From Candidatus Poribacteria bacterium (GTDB lineage: Bacteria > Poribacteria > WGA-4E > WGA-3G), in NCBI GenBank assembly GCA_965205015.1, contig OZ242029.1, positions 3,424,001 through 3,488,000 of the forward strand: a DNA stretch of 64,000 nucleotides, written 5' to 3'. The translations under genes and the position numbers were made by a program. Below the pieces are notes generated by a model. That model was given only the letters and a program-made list of their open reading frames with translations. It was not told the DNA's origin and ran no database searches. Positions 1 to 10,165 of this stretch are shown here, piece after piece; the stretch's first letter is position 1, and each line of letters begins with the position of its first letter.

Positions 1-1115
1 TCTCCTGTGTAGCGCGGATCCTTCCACGGATACCCAGAAGCGTCAGGCGAATGCTTGAAGAGAATGGAATCCCAATAGGTATAGATATGCCGATCGGGGA
101 ACCCTTCATTGTAAGCGGTGCCTGCGTTCAGTCCTTCTGCTTTGAGCGCATCAGCGTACTTTTTGGCGAGTTCCACATCACGCACGATAATCGCGGCACT
201 AATACCGCACTCACCGGTCGGATCATCCACGTGTTGCGGGATATAACCTTTCGGTTTTTCATTGAGTTCCGCTGTGAACGCTTTTTTGAGTCGGCGTGTA
301 TGTCCCAAGATATCCTCTAATTTTGAGAGTTGCACGCGTGCAATCGCCCCCAAAATTTCGCTCGTTCGGTAGCACTGCCGGGAAAAAGGTTTGTTTTGCC
401 ACTCAGAATCGCTCATCCACATCGGTAAACCGGGTTCCGCTGCGAAGGCTGCGCGTTCATAGACATCATAGTCATCGGTAAAAACGAGTCCGCCTTCCCC
501 ACAAGAGATGACCTTGTAGTAATTGAGGCTCCACGCGCCTGCATGTCCCCACATTCCAGCGTATTTCCCTTTATATTGTCCGCCGACACACTGACAGCAA
601 TCCTCAACAACCAGGAGATTGTGCTGCTGGGCGAGGTCGACAATCGCCTCAAGCCGGCAGGGTACGCCTTGCATGTGTACTGGTAAGATCGCTTTCGTAT
701 GGGGTGTAATTTTCCGTTCCACATCAGCGATATCTAAGCCGAGTGAATCGTCGATTTCTGCTATGACGGGAATCGCACCGACGCCAACAATAGCAGCTGC
801 GGTCGCGATAAAGGTGTAGCCTGGAACTATCACCTCGTCTCCGGGTCCGATACCGACCGCAGTCAGGGCGCAGATGATTGCGGAGGTGCCGGAGTTCACC
901 ATCAAGGCGTGTTTTGCCCCGAGGTGCGCCGCTGCCTCCTTTTCAAAACTGGCTACATTTGAATCCTCAACGAACCGAAAAAGTTTCCCACTTCGCAAGA
1001 CCTCAGTCACAGCAGTGATCTCACGCTCATCTATCACACTGGGCCCGTGCATTCCGCCGGGTATAGCATCGGCAATAACCGGCGTTCCGCCCTCTATTGC
1101 TAAACGTTCTGGCAT
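1..1115 (-). CDS. DegT/DnrJ/EryC1/StrS PLP-dependent aminotransferase (3' end runs off the window)
   Basis: Not in the ORF track because it has no stop in the window. Manual translation from ATG 1115 (GGAG RBS upstream) gives MPERLAIEGG...VNSGTSA...GPGDEVIVPGYTFIATAAA...VEDCCQ...SLNYYKVISCGEGG, matching DegT family motifs. Confidence 0.9.
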   Translation of the reverse strand, partial: MPERLAIEGGTPVIADAIPGGMHGPSVIDEREITAVTEVLRSGKLFRFVEDSNVASFEKEAAAHLGAKHALMVNSGTSAIICALTAVGIGPGDEVIVPGYTFIATAAAIVGVGAIPVIAEIDDSLGLDIADVERKITPHTKAILPVHMQGVPCRLEAIVDLAQQHNLLVVEDCCQCVGGQYKGKYAGMWGHAGAWSLNYYKVISCGEGGLVFTDDYDVYERAAFAAEPGLPMWMSDSEWQNKPFSRQCYRTSEILGAIARVQLSKLEDILGHTRRLKKAFTAELNEKPKGYIPQHVDDPTGECGISAAIIVRDVELAKKYADALKAEGLNAGTAYNEGFPDRHIYTYWDSILFKHSPDASGYPWKDPRYTG

Positions 1116-1183
1116 TTTTTCTCCTCCACAGCTCTTCGGACGTAGTTTGAAACCTCACCAAGAAAAATGCGAAATATGGTGAT

Positions 1184-1212
1184 ACTGTACCAGATGCATC
1201 CGTTTTTGTCAA
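1184..1212 (-). promoter_or_regulatory. sigma70-type promoter for the DegT gene
   Basis: Minus strand reads TTGACA-N17-TACAGT. Confidence 0.6.
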
Positions 1213-1261
1213 GTATTCTTTTACAACATAGGTCATTTAAGGATGACTCGCCAATCCCACT

Positions 1262-1533
1262 ATGACTTCCCTGGACCAACACTCACCGCTACTCTACACC
1301 AGTATTCTCACCGCGGATATGAAAATTTTTCGTCTCAGATGCACCCTTTTCCATGTAACGAACAAGCGCACGGGTGTGACCGCTACTGATGTCGTCCAGC
1401 GTGATTATTTCGCCGCTGCTTTCGGTGATTTGACCCGGAAGTCAGTCGTTCAGGATGGCGATGTTATCGCAGTTAGCATTCTTGACGCAGCCGGTCGTAT
1501 CATCGGTGAACCGACGACGTATACCGTTTTCAT
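1262..1533 (+). pseudogene. Remnant of a Poribacteria-type secreted-protein C-terminal module, truncated by an insertion
   Basis: VTNKRTGVTATDVVQRDYFAAAFGDLTRKSVVQDGDVIAVSILDAAG..GEPTTYTV resembles, from memory, the Ig-like module preceding the NYPNPF domain in such proteins. Similarity stops at an IS left end. Confidence 0.45.
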
Positions 1534-1584
1534 CAAAATCTTCTGCGTGGAAACCTCGTGCTTTAGCCCGGGGTGGAAACGCAG
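1534..1584 (+). mobile_element. IS200/IS605-family left end (subterminal hairpin)
   Basis: TTCAT|CAAAATCTT-CTGCGT-GGAAA-CCTCGTGC-TTTA-GCCCGGGG-TGGAA-ACGCAG. Same architecture and same upstream TTCAT|CAAA as the tnpB element left end ending at 26199. Confidence 0.7.
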
Positions 1585-2267
1585 TTTTCTTTTGTCAATT
1601 ACCGTAGGTTTTGTAAATATAATTTGCTTTTTACCTGGAAATTTTGTATAATAGTTACCTATGCCATTTATATTTTATATGATGAATAATGAAAAAGTGA
1701 CCTAAGTAACTATAGAGTATTAGAAAGAGGATACGTTTGAGTTGCGATTTTCGCAACCGACACAACGACAAAAGAGAAAACATTGAGATATTTCATGGAT
1801 TTACAACTACTGACTTAAAAGCGATGGTGCCGTTTGAAAAACAACACCTTCGCCAACCGAAAAAAACCTTGATAGACTTGAACATTTTACCTGAGGAACG
1901 CTCATGACGAAGTGCAGTTTACCCTTTGAATTAAAAAGATCCCTGAAGATGCGTGCGGATGTGCGCGCCCCGATGAGAGGGAGTGGCTGCTGCGTTCTGA
2001 GACGTTCTGTCGATCCTCAAATAGCTAAAAACCCCCCCCGAATTCTCCACAAACGATAAGTGTTTTATTTCATAAGACGATCCTGACGGTCCTGCATCGG
2101 ACTGTCTTCGCGCCCGCAGGTGGTTCTGTTTTACACAGAGTCCCCATTGCGGGCTATTTTTGTTGCATCGGGTCTCTCCCGATGTGTTGGACACTCCAAT
2201 ACAACCACAGGCACGACCTCTTGTCAATATGGCTGTGTAAGTCGTGTTAAAAAGGAGATTTAGAAAA

Positions 2268-3566
2268 ATGTTTTCAAGAATACTGACTTTTAGCATCTTA
2301 TCCGTTTTTTGCGTATTCACTGCCATTTCTTATGTATACGCGCACGAGGCTACTGGTGAGGGTAGTAGTAATCCTCATTGGCACAATCTTTGTCATGATC
2401 ATGGTGGATATAGCCATTGTCATTTGGCTGTAGTGCACGGAAAAGTAGAGAATGGTGTTTATTCTGAGGTTTACAAGCCTGGCTTTAACCACGCTGATGA
2501 ACATAACAATAATCCCAGTAAGATTCTGCGGGTCGGTAGGCCACCCGAAGAAAACGTGCATACGCATACCTTTGTTGAGTCCCACCAACATGACAACTAC
2601 GAGTGGCACGCACATGAAGATACACACGATCACCCAGATTCGGAGCACCCGCACCCGCCTAACCACCCTTTTCATGTCACCCACGCTGATGTAGGTATTC
2701 GCACAGATACTACTGTGGATGAGCAACCTGTGAACCAGCCTACAGGGAATCAACCTACAGGGAATCAACCTACAGGGAATCAACCTACAGGGAATCAACC
2801 TACGGGTACTCAACCCACAACGGTAGTGGAGAGTGGAACATCTGAAGGGACATCCGAAGCAGGTGATAGCGGAACCCCTGTTGACACAAGCACAGAACAA
2901 AATTTCCTCAGAGCCCAACAAAAATACGGAACACCACTTGAGGGGACACCAGAAACACAACCCAAGCCTCAACCTTTATTACCCATACGCATCACAGAGT
3001 ATATGGTCAGAGATTGGTCTGCTGGAATTGGTGGATTACCACAGTGGATTGAGGTGTATAACCCCAACACCGAGGCAGTCAACCTCAAAGGTTGGACGTT
3101 CCAATATGCCACCCGACGGTCAGCCAACGCTCCCCATAAAGTCCACACACTGACGCTCGCTGGAACACAGGACGGGTTCAGCATAGCGGGAGGCGGCGTC
3201 GCGATCCTATCAACCCGAAAAGTTCCGGCATGGCGATTTTCCGGTATTGGAGCCTCCCAGGTCTACAACTTGAGCATAGACAACGTCCTCAAACGCGGGT
3301 GGGTGTTGACGGATGCCGATGGCAAGGAGATTCAGCGTCTCGGTAGGGAGGCTTTTAGTGCGTTCGGGGATCCGGTGGCACCGCTCCATCAGAACAAGGC
3401 GCGTGTCTCGCATCAGGTGCTCCCGAGCGAGTCGCCTCCGGAGGTTTATTACTATGGACATCGGGAAGACATCGGGTCTCCCGGGTTCTACGAGCAACCG
3501 GCGCCGGCGGCACCAAGCGCGGTCAGACGGAAACAGATCGGCACTTGGGCAGCCTTGAAAAAATAA
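2268..3566 (+). CDS. Secreted His-rich protein with QPTGN repeats, lamin-tail-like domain and C-terminal TWAALK motif
   Basis: AAGGAG RBS, signal peptide, very His-rich N-terminal region, ITEYM..QWIEVYNPNTEAVNLKGW (LTD-like), ends GTWAALKK. Confidence 0.8.
   Translation: MFSRILTFSILSVFCVFTAISYVYAHEATGEGSSNPHWHNLCHDHGGYSHCHLAVVHGKVENGVYSEVYKPGFNHADEHNNNPSKILRVGRPPEENVHTHTFVESHQHDNYEWHAHEDTHDHPDSEHPHPPNHPFHVTHADVGIRTDTTVDEQPVNQPTGNQPTGNQPTGNQPTGNQPTGTQPTTVVESGTSEGTSEAGDSGTPVDTSTEQNFLRAQQKYGTPLEGTPETQPKPQPLLPIRITEYMVRDWSAGIGGLPQWIEVYNPNTEAVNLKGWTFQYATRRSANAPHKVHTLTLAGTQDGFSIAGGGVAILSTRKVPAWRFSGIGASQVYNLSIDNVLKRGWVLTDADGKEIQRLGREAFSAFGDPVAPLHQNKARVSHQVLPSESPPEVYYYGHREDIGSPGFYEQPAPAAPSAVRRKQIGTWAALKK
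2736..2819 (+). repeat. 15-bp coding tandem repeat (CAACCTACAGGGAAT, about 5.5 copies) encoding QPTGN
   Basis: Three perfect units at 2751-2795 with degenerate flanking units. Confidence 0.95.
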
Positions 3567-3917
3567 GGTTTCATTATCATCAACTTCTGGGGGTGTGGTA
3601 AGAAGCCCGACACCCCCCACAAGCGTGATTCAGCCGCTTTGCGTGTGTTCTCGTTCAACCTTGGGGACACACCAAAGCAAAACCCCTCACAAGAAACCGT
3701 TTCTTTTATCAAACTCACATTATTTCAGCGCATAAATCAGTAGATTTGGCATAAACCGATAGACATCCGTGGAACGGCGGAGTCGTAACATCGTGCGGCT
3801 CTCAATCTCTGCGGTTTCCATTGCACATAGGTAATCCTTACGGTTGTAAACCACTGCCAATCGGTGAAAACAAACCCTGTAAGTCCTACGTAATTATAGG
3901 AGCTACCATAAGTAATC

Positions 3918-4865
3918 CTACCGACGCCACCAACTTTTTTTACCCTGATATGACGCAAGCAGTTTTGAAATGTCTCTTGCCTTTTTGTCCAGACGCAATA
4001 CTGTCTCGCACGCTTCGATCACTTTTTGTTTGGTATCTTCATCTTGGGTTGCCTGATAGGCATGGTGATAACTCTGTGCGACAGCGGAATGGTACGCTAC
4101 AAGGTCTATGCCTTCTGGGACATCTGTCGGAAGGTGCGCAAGCATCCCGAGTGCCGTGTCCCATGCCGCTGCTTCGGTGTGACAGATAACCTGTTGGTAG
4201 CGTAGGTGATGTTGCGACGGATCTAACCCATACGCCTCCTCATAACACGTCACCGCCTCCGAGTAAGCGGCATTGGCGACGTGCAGCTGCGCAAGTTCCG
4301 TATAAAAGGCAGACAATCCACTTTCCGCTATTGTGTAAAGCGATACGCCGGTACTGATGAGCCAATCTCTCTCCAACAGGAAATCGATCGCTGAGTTCCG
4401 TTCTTCCTCTGTGATCTGGATATCGGTGAGGAGATGCTTTGCGACGGCGGCGTTCGGAAAAATCTTGGTGCGGCTCTTCAGTAACGGATACGCCTGAACC
4501 GCCTTATCCATCGTGATGAGCTTAATCCCGGTCGCAATACGGAAGAGAGATACAATCTGATCGCTATTTTTACGGGACATCTCGTCAGCAATTACCTCTC
4601 GATTCTCTGAAAAATGCTGATTCAGTTCTTCGATCGCCTCTCGGATCTCGGGATCGCTTGGCGCGAGCTGATGTGCTTTGGCTAAAAACCGTTGTGCCGT
4701 GAAGAGTTCCGTCCACGTCCGATAGATGGTTCCTAACCGAAAATTCGCAAGTGCCAGGGTCGATGTATCATCTGTTGTGCTGAGGATATCATCGTAGACT
4801 TGGATGGCTTCGGCAAGTTTGCCTGCGGTTTCCAGTGCTTGTGCATCGGCGATTGGATTTGACAT
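3918..4865 (-). CDS. Tetratricopeptide repeat protein
   Basis: TPR-like helices (AEAIQVYDDIL, AQRFLAKAHQLAPSD, AVTCYEEAYGLDP). Start placed at MSNPIAD. Confidence 0.8.
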   Translation of the reverse strand: MSNPIADAQALETAGKLAEAIQVYDDILSTTDDTSTLALANFRLGTIYRTWTELFTAQRFLAKAHQLAPSDPEIREAIEELNQHFSENREVIADEMSRKNSDQIVSLFRIATGIKLITMDKAVQAYPLLKSRTKIFPNAAVAKHLLTDIQITEEERNSAIDFLLERDWLISTGVSLYTIAESGLSAFYTELAQLHVANAAYSEAVTCYEEAYGLDPSQHHLRYQQVICHTEAAAWDTALGMLAHLPTDVPEGIDLVAYHSAVAQSYHHAYQATQDEDTKQKVIEACETVLRLDKKARDISKLLASYQGKKSWWRR

Positions 4866-4983
4866 AAGGGGCGTGGTTTCCTTGTATGGCTTTATCGATT
4901 GTTTTTCGGAGATGAGCATACAATGCCTGTCAGGAAAAGTCAAGAAAAAGATTCTGCTGTAGGAGTGAGTTTCACTTTCTCTT

Positions 4984-5012
4984 TTGACAAAAAGCCCGAA
5001 AACGACTATACT
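4984..5012 (+). promoter_or_regulatory. sigma70 promoter
   Basis: TTGACA-N17-TATACT upstream of the 5115 gene. Confidence 0.7.
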
Positions 5013-5114
5013 ATCTCTATCGCGTTGGCAGACATATCGAGCGTAGGCGCTTGGAAACCACGTGTCTGCCTCCCACTCGATAGGGGATAAAAGCGTGATG
5101 GCGTGAGGTTTCCC

Positions 5115-5525
5115 ATGAAAGCGATTTTTCTTTTTTCAATACTATTGTGTGGTATCGCGCTTCCGGTACTCGGTGAAACTTCCGAGAATGCTATTGAAAC
5201 GGACATTGCAGTCATAAAAACAGAAATTAAAAATCTAAATGAAAAGATTGACAGCAAATTTGAGGGCATTAACAACAAATTTGAGAGCATCGAAAAGAAT
5301 TTTGACAGACAAAATAACACCATCATCATCGCTTGCATCGGTATACCTTTGGGGATTCTTGCAATATGTGTAACTGTGTGGGGCATATTCGTAAACAGAC
5401 GAAGGCCTAACGTCAACGAACAGCGGGAACAGATTGAACAACTCATACGCGACCAAGAACAAAAAATCGAAGCACTTACCCAAGAAATCGAAGCACTCAA
5501 ACAACAACGAACCGTCACTCCATAA
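5115..5525 (+). CDS. Small membrane protein with coiled coils
   Basis: Signal peptide, heptad region, one TM helix, C-terminal coiled coil. Confidence 0.75.
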   Translation: MKAIFLFSILLCGIALPVLGETSENAIETDIAVIKTEIKNLNEKIDSKFEGINNKFESIEKNFDRQNNTIIIACIGIPLGILAICVTVWGIFVNRRRPNVNEQREQIEQLIRDQEQKIEALTQEIEALKQQRTVTP

Positions 5526-5576
5526 CGCCTTGTTATTATGTTCACCGCCCCTATTTCGGAAGGAGAAAATTCCAGG

Positions 5577-8546
5577 ATGAAGAGCACGTTGTTAGCGATT
5601 ATTTTGACCCTACTTTTTGTTTCAACCCTTTATCTACCCAACACCTTTGCCCAAGATTCCCCGCAATGGAACTTGCCAGAGGGTGCCAAAGCCCGTTTAG
5701 GCATAGTCAAAGGTCGTTTAACTGGGATAGCGTATTCCCCGGATGGCAGTCGGCTTGCGGTGGGAAGTAGCGTCGGTGTTTGGATGTATGATGCGCGAAC
5801 CGGTGCGGAAGGGACACTGATTGGCGGATACACCGATTGGGTCTATAGTGTTGCGTTTAGTCCCGATGGAAACACGCTCGCAGGTGGGGGTAGAGACTAT
5901 GCAGAGACTACACTGTTCGGTGTTCGGTTATGGGACCCAGAAACTGGAAACATCAGAAACATACTCACGGGACACACCGACCAGGTCCATAGTGTTGCGT
6001 TTAGTCCCAATGGCACCACGCTCGCAACTGGGGGTAGAGACCACACTGTTCGGCTATGGGACCCAGCAACGGGAAACAGCATAAATACACTCACGGGACA
6101 CACCGACCAGGTCCATAGTGTTGCGTTTAGTCCCAATGGAAATACGCTCGCAACTGGGGGTAGAGACCACACTGTTCGGCTATGGGACCCAGCAACGGGA
6201 AACAGCATAAATACACTCACGGGACACACCGACTTTGTCAATAGTATAGCGTTTAGTCCCAATGGAAATACGCTCGCAAGTGCGAGTAATGGGGAAGTGC
6301 GGTTATGGGACCTAGCAACGGGAAACAGCATAAACACACTTAGACACACCTCCTGGGTTTATAGTGTTGCGTTTAGTCCCGATGGCACCACGCTCGCAAG
6401 TGGGAGTGGCGACGAGACCGTACGGCTATGGGACACAGAAACAGGAAAACTCATAAACACACTCACCGAACACACCGACCTTGTTCGTAGTGTTGCGTTT
6501 AGCCCCGATGGCACCATGCTCGCAAGTGGGAGTGATGACAACACCATTCGGGTATGGGACCCAGAAACTGGAAACAGCATAAACACACTTAGACACACCA
6601 GGGGGGTCTATAGTGTCGCGTTTGGTCCCGATGGAAATACACTCGCAAGTGGGAGTCTCTCAGCAGAGGTGCGGCTATGGGACACAGAAACAAGAAACAG
6701 CATAAACACATTCACGGGACACACCAGGGAGGTCTATAGTGTCGCGTTTGGTCCCGATGGAAATACACTCGCAAGTGGGAGTGGCGACGAGACCGTTCGG
6801 ATATGGGACACAGAAACAGGAGACAGCATACATACACTCACAGGACACACCCAGGAGGTCTTTAGGGTCGCGTATAGTCCGAATGGCACCACACTCGCAA
6901 GTGGGAGTGGCGACAAGACCGTGCGGGTATGGGATACAGAAACAGGAGACAGCATACATACACTCACGGGACACACCAGGGGGGTCTATAGTGTCGCGTT
7001 TGGTCCCGATGGAAATACAATCGCAAGTACGGGTCTGGACAACACCGTTCGGGTATGGGACACAAAAACTGGAAACAGCATACATACACTCACAGGACGC
7101 ATCAACTTTTTCAAGAGTGTCGCGTTTAGCCCCGATGGAAACACACTCGCAGCTGGGGGTTACTCAGCAGAGGTATGGTTATGGGACACAGCTACAGGAA
7201 AACTCATAAACACACTCCTAATCCAGGGCTTTGTCAATAGTGTCGCGTATAGTCCAGATGGAAATACACTCGCAATTGGGCATGATGGTCGTAAGGGATG
7301 GGCCGTTGAGTTATGGGACACAAAAACTGGAAACAGCATACATACATTCGCGGGACAACACACCCGTGGGATCGCGAGTGTCGCGTATAGTCCGGATGGA
7401 AATACACTCGCAGCTGGGTATGGGGCCGGCACGATCCTTCTATGGGATGCCACACCTTACACCTTACAACCGTTCGCCGCTGAGACAGATAGCATAACAA
7501 AGGAGCCGGAGGTGCCTGTTGATGGAAATGTTGCGCGCGTGAGTCTCTCCCCCGCATCCGTATGGTCTGGGAATGTAGGGGATCAGTTGACGGTAAACAC
7601 CATCATCGCAGATGGCGTAGATGTTCGGGGATATCAGGTGGAACTCACTTTTGATACGGCTGCGTTGCGGTTCGACTCAGTTGCAGATGGTGGGTACCTG
7701 CCAGTGGATGCTTTCCAATTGGCACCTGTGGAGAACGGCAATCGCGTCACGGTTGGTGCGACATCGCTGCAAGCAAGCAGCGAAGGCGATGGGACACTTG
7801 CAGCGTTCACATTTGAAGTGCTGACTGCTTCGCCTGCGATGCCGACCTTATCCGATGTGAAACTGACTGACAGCGATGCAAACTTTTTAGCCGTACGGAT
7901 TGAGACCGAGGCGGGAACGGATCCCCCGCCCCTCGCTGGAGACGTAAACGAAGATGGTGTGGTGAGTCTTGAGGATTTGGAGGCGGCTGTGGCGCGTCGG
8001 GGGCAAACGGGTGAGAACACAGCGGATATGAACGGCGATGGTGTTGTGGATGCCGCGGATATCGTGTTAATCGCAGCAGCGATAGAAGCCGCGGCAGCCG
8101 CTCCATCCCTGCATCCATCAGTTATTATTGAAATGTTCACTGCAACAGAGGTGCGTCAGTGGCTGTCGTTTGCGCGGGCAGAGGGTCTCACAGGTCCGAT
8201 GTATCAGCGAGGCTTTCTGCTTCTGGAGCAACTCCTTGCGGTGCTAACGCCAGAGGAAACACTGCTCTTAGCGAACTATCCCAACCCGTTCAACCCGGAG
8301 ACGTGGATCCCATATCACCTCTCTGAACCTGCGGATGTCTGCATTTCGATTTATGCTGCGGACGGTCGCTTGGTTCGGGTGCTAACCTTAGGGCATCAGG
8401 GTGCGGGTATCTACGAGTCTCGTGGGCGTGCGGCGTATTGGGATGGTAGGAACGCCTTCGGGGAGCCTGTGGCAAGCGGTGTGTATTTCTATACGTTCAC
8501 CACAGGCGACTTCACGGCAACCCGGAAAATGCTCATCAGGAAGTAA
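5577..8546 (+). CDS. Secreted WD40-repeat protein with cohesin-like, dockerin/EF-hand and FlgD/T9SS-like C-terminal domains
   Basis: About 14 GH...SVAFSPDG...LWD repeats, GYQVELTFD (cohesin-like), GDVNEDG/ADMNGDG (dockerin-like), LLANYPNPFNPETWIPY...TRKMLIRK. Confidence 0.92.
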   Translation: MKSTLLAIILTLLFVSTLYLPNTFAQDSPQWNLPEGAKARLGIVKGRLTGIAYSPDGSRLAVGSSVGVWMYDARTGAEGTLIGGYTDWVYSVAFSPDGNTLAGGGRDYAETTLFGVRLWDPETGNIRNILTGHTDQVHSVAFSPNGTTLATGGRDHTVRLWDPATGNSINTLTGHTDQVHSVAFSPNGNTLATGGRDHTVRLWDPATGNSINTLTGHTDFVNSIAFSPNGNTLASASNGEVRLWDLATGNSINTLRHTSWVYSVAFSPDGTTLASGSGDETVRLWDTETGKLINTLTEHTDLVRSVAFSPDGTMLASGSDDNTIRVWDPETGNSINTLRHTRGVYSVAFGPDGNTLASGSLSAEVRLWDTETRNSINTFTGHTREVYSVAFGPDGNTLASGSGDETVRIWDTETGDSIHTLTGHTQEVFRVAYSPNGTTLASGSGDKTVRVWDTETGDSIHTLTGHTRGVYSVAFGPDGNTIASTGLDNTVRVWDTKTGNSIHTLTGRINFFKSVAFSPDGNTLAAGGYSAEVWLWDTATGKLINTLLIQGFVNSVAYSPDGNTLAIGHDGRKGWAVELWDTKTGNSIHTFAGQHTRGIASVAYSPDGNTLAAGYGAGTILLWDATPYTLQPFAAETDSITKEPEVPVDGNVARVSLSPASVWSGNVGDQLTVNTIIADGVDVRGYQVELTFDTAALRFDSVADGGYLPVDAFQLAPVENGNRVTVGATSLQASSEGDGTLAAFTFEVLTASPAMPTLSDVKLTDSDANFLAVRIETEAGTDPPPLAGDVNEDGVVSLEDLEAAVARRGQTGENTADMNGDGVVDAADIVLIAAAIEAAAAAPSLHPSVIIEMFTATEVRQWLSFARAEGLTGPMYQRGFLLLEQLLAVLTPEETLLLANYPNPFNPETWIPYHLSEPADVCISIYAADGRLVRVLTLGHQGAGIYESRGRAAYWDGRNAFGEPVASGVYFYTFTTGDFTATRKMLIRK

Positions 8547-8644
8547 CCCCAGTTGCTACTCACAAGATTTAGCGATGAGATTTCCTGCGTTTTTGGACTG
8601 TAGTTTGTTCGTTCAAAAAACTCGTCTTTTAACGGAGAAAAGCC

Positions 8645-9828
8645 ATGCAAGAACTGATCCAAGGGACTGTGGATACCTATTACAACAGCGATTTTACCGA
8701 CATGAAAAGAGAAAACGCTGCAGCGGTACATAACACCCAAGGCATCGCTTATAGCAAAACGGTGCGTATACGCGGGCAATTGTAGCCTTCAGCAAGGCAA
8801 TAGAACTGGATCCGTATTTTGCTGAAGCCTATTACAATCGCGGCACTGATTCCCTCAAAGAGGGTTCCTATTATAGGGCAATTGAAGACTATGGTAAAGC
8901 AATAGAATGCGATCCAAAGTGTCCCCAGTTCTATAATGCTCGCGGTGTAACTTACGAAAAGTACAGCGAAATTCTGGCTGTTCTTTCACGCCATAAGATA
9001 GCGGTAGGACTGGAGGCAAAAGTCCCGAAAGTCTCTACGTATTGCGGAGAAGGACACTACAGTGAAGCGGAACTCTGTAAGGCTGTTGAAAACTATAGCA
9101 CAGCGATTGATTTGAAATCCGATTATGCTGAGGCGTATAGCAATCGTGGCAGAGCACACTTCAAAAAAGGCGAGAACGGCCCCGCTATCAAAGACTATAG
9201 CACAGCGATTGATTTGAAATCCGATTACACTGAGGCCTATCTCAACCTTGGTGTGGTTTATCACAGCAGAGGCGAGTTTGGCGCTGCACTCGAAAACTAT
9301 AATATAACCATATCCCTCACATCCGATCTCCCTATTGTCTATAGTCATCGGGGGACTATTTATCTTTCTAAGGAGAAAGTCAAACCAGCGATTGAAGACT
9401 ATAACACAGTGTTATCCCTCGACCCCGATTACACAGAGGTATATTACAAACGCGGGATAGCATGGTTCTATGCAAGCGAGTGGAAAAAAGCCAAAACCGA
9501 CCTGATTGCCGCCAAAGATATGGGGATGGCTATCATGCAGGCGTTTCGTGACGACTACAGAAATGTTGAAGTGTTTAAACAGAAAACGGATATTCGTTTG
9601 CCCGAAGATGTAGCAGGATTGCTGATGCCACAAAAAGGACTTGCCGAACTTGAAAAGGAAACTCGACTGGCGTTGGCGTTGAAATATTACAAAAGTGGTG
9701 CGATTAGTACGGGACTCGCTGCCCAATTGGTGGGTATATCCCGCGAAGCGTTCTGGTATCTTATGGGGGATTACGGGCTCTCTCTGTTTGAGCTAACTGA
9801 AGATCTTTTAGCAGATGAGATGTCGTAG
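8645..9828 (+). pseudogene. TPR protein fused to a C-terminal UPF0175-like domain, frameshifted near its 5' end
   Basis: GGAG then ATG 8645 (MQELIQG..HNTQGIAYSK). Adding one A to the A4 run at 8756-8759 joins it to NGAYTRAIVAFSKAIELDP..., which is continuous with the 9112-9828 ORF. C-terminus LALKYYKSGAISTGLAAQLVGISREAF. Confidence 0.7.
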
Positions 9829-9869
9829 CGAGCCCGCTTGCAAAGCAAACCAGCGAAAAACAGCCGACC

Positions 9870-10076
9870 CTAACCCTCCGCACGCCAGTCCTCCGTCGCT
9901 GCCGCGAATGCTTTGGAGAGTTCCTCAGAAATTGTTTGCTCTAAGAGTTCAATCAGATCTTCACGGAATTTAACCCAATCGTCGCCGCGACGGGTAAACC
10001 GGTGCCGATCCTCAATTTCAACAAACATGGTATCGTTCGGTTCAGACAGGGATTCAAAATAACGTCTAACGTTCAT
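9870..10076 (-). CDS. Small acidic hypothetical protein
   Basis: GGAG RBS, 68 aa, co-oriented downstream of the HAD gene. Confidence 0.7.
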   Translation of the reverse strand: MNVRRYFESLSEPNDTMFVEIEDRHRFTRRGDDWVKFREDLIELLEQTISEELSKAFAAATEDWRAEG

Positions 10077-10165
10077 AATTATTCTCCATTGTATAGTTGT
10101 CGGTTAAAAGAGGGTTTTGTTTAACGCAGTGTCTCTTTAAGTGACAATTGATAACTGATAACCAT

